NCBI RefSeq assembly: GCF_963676685.1
Contig: NC_092351.1
Location: forward strand, 83,576,001-83,640,000
DNA: 64,000 bases
Source: Mytilus edulis
Lineage: Eukaryota
Direction: 5' to 3'
Part shown: in pieces, positions 63,890 to 64,000 of the stretch
Layout: the number at the start of each line of letters is the position of its first letter
Position numbering within the stretch: position 1 is the first letter of the stretch
Program-made: the position numbers and the translations under genes
Notes under the pieces: model-generated
The model's database searches: none
Seen by the model: the letters and a program-made list of their open reading frames with translations, nothing else
What the model was told of the DNA's origin: nothing

Positions 63890-64000
63890 AACAAATTATA
63901 ACCCTGGTACATTTGATAACTATGATGAAGATGTGGTCAAATCAACTTGACATGTATGGTAATTGTTCATTATAATGTAAGATAAAATAGTTATCAAAGA

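Overview
AT-rich, intron-containing animal genomic DNA. The repeat families look like those of a bivalve, probably Mytilus (inferred from recognised repeats, not proven). Two intact host genes are present. The first is a 3-exon secreted protein (5984-11604, +): signal peptide, coiled coil, Thr/Ser linker, then the C-terminal non-catalytic module of Pseudoalteromonas/invertebrate modular alpha-amylases, with no amylase catalytic domain. The second is a divergent 4-coding-exon ADF/cofilin (29866-21626, -). A long ankyrin-repeat gene (50409-55341, -) is a pseudogene broken by three insertions, a stop and a frameshift. It abuts a left-truncated ISL2EU (PIF/Harbinger-related) transposon with an open DDE ORF and an intact spliced SWIM-YqaJ exonuclease gene. 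The rest is nested mobile DNA: a decayed AcademX, Crypton and DIRS remnants, a 5.1-kb CACTA, two elements with 5-bp target-site duplications (TSDs), MITEs, Helentron-type HINEs and Penelope/Naiad-like 3' fragments. The richest hidden signal is RNA. There is a tandem array of ~355-nt hammerhead-ribozyme 'retrozymes' plus dispersed hammerheads, and several dispersed repeats fold as circularly permuted (P5-type) twister-like ribozymes, one lying ~90 nt downstream of a hammerhead on the same strand.
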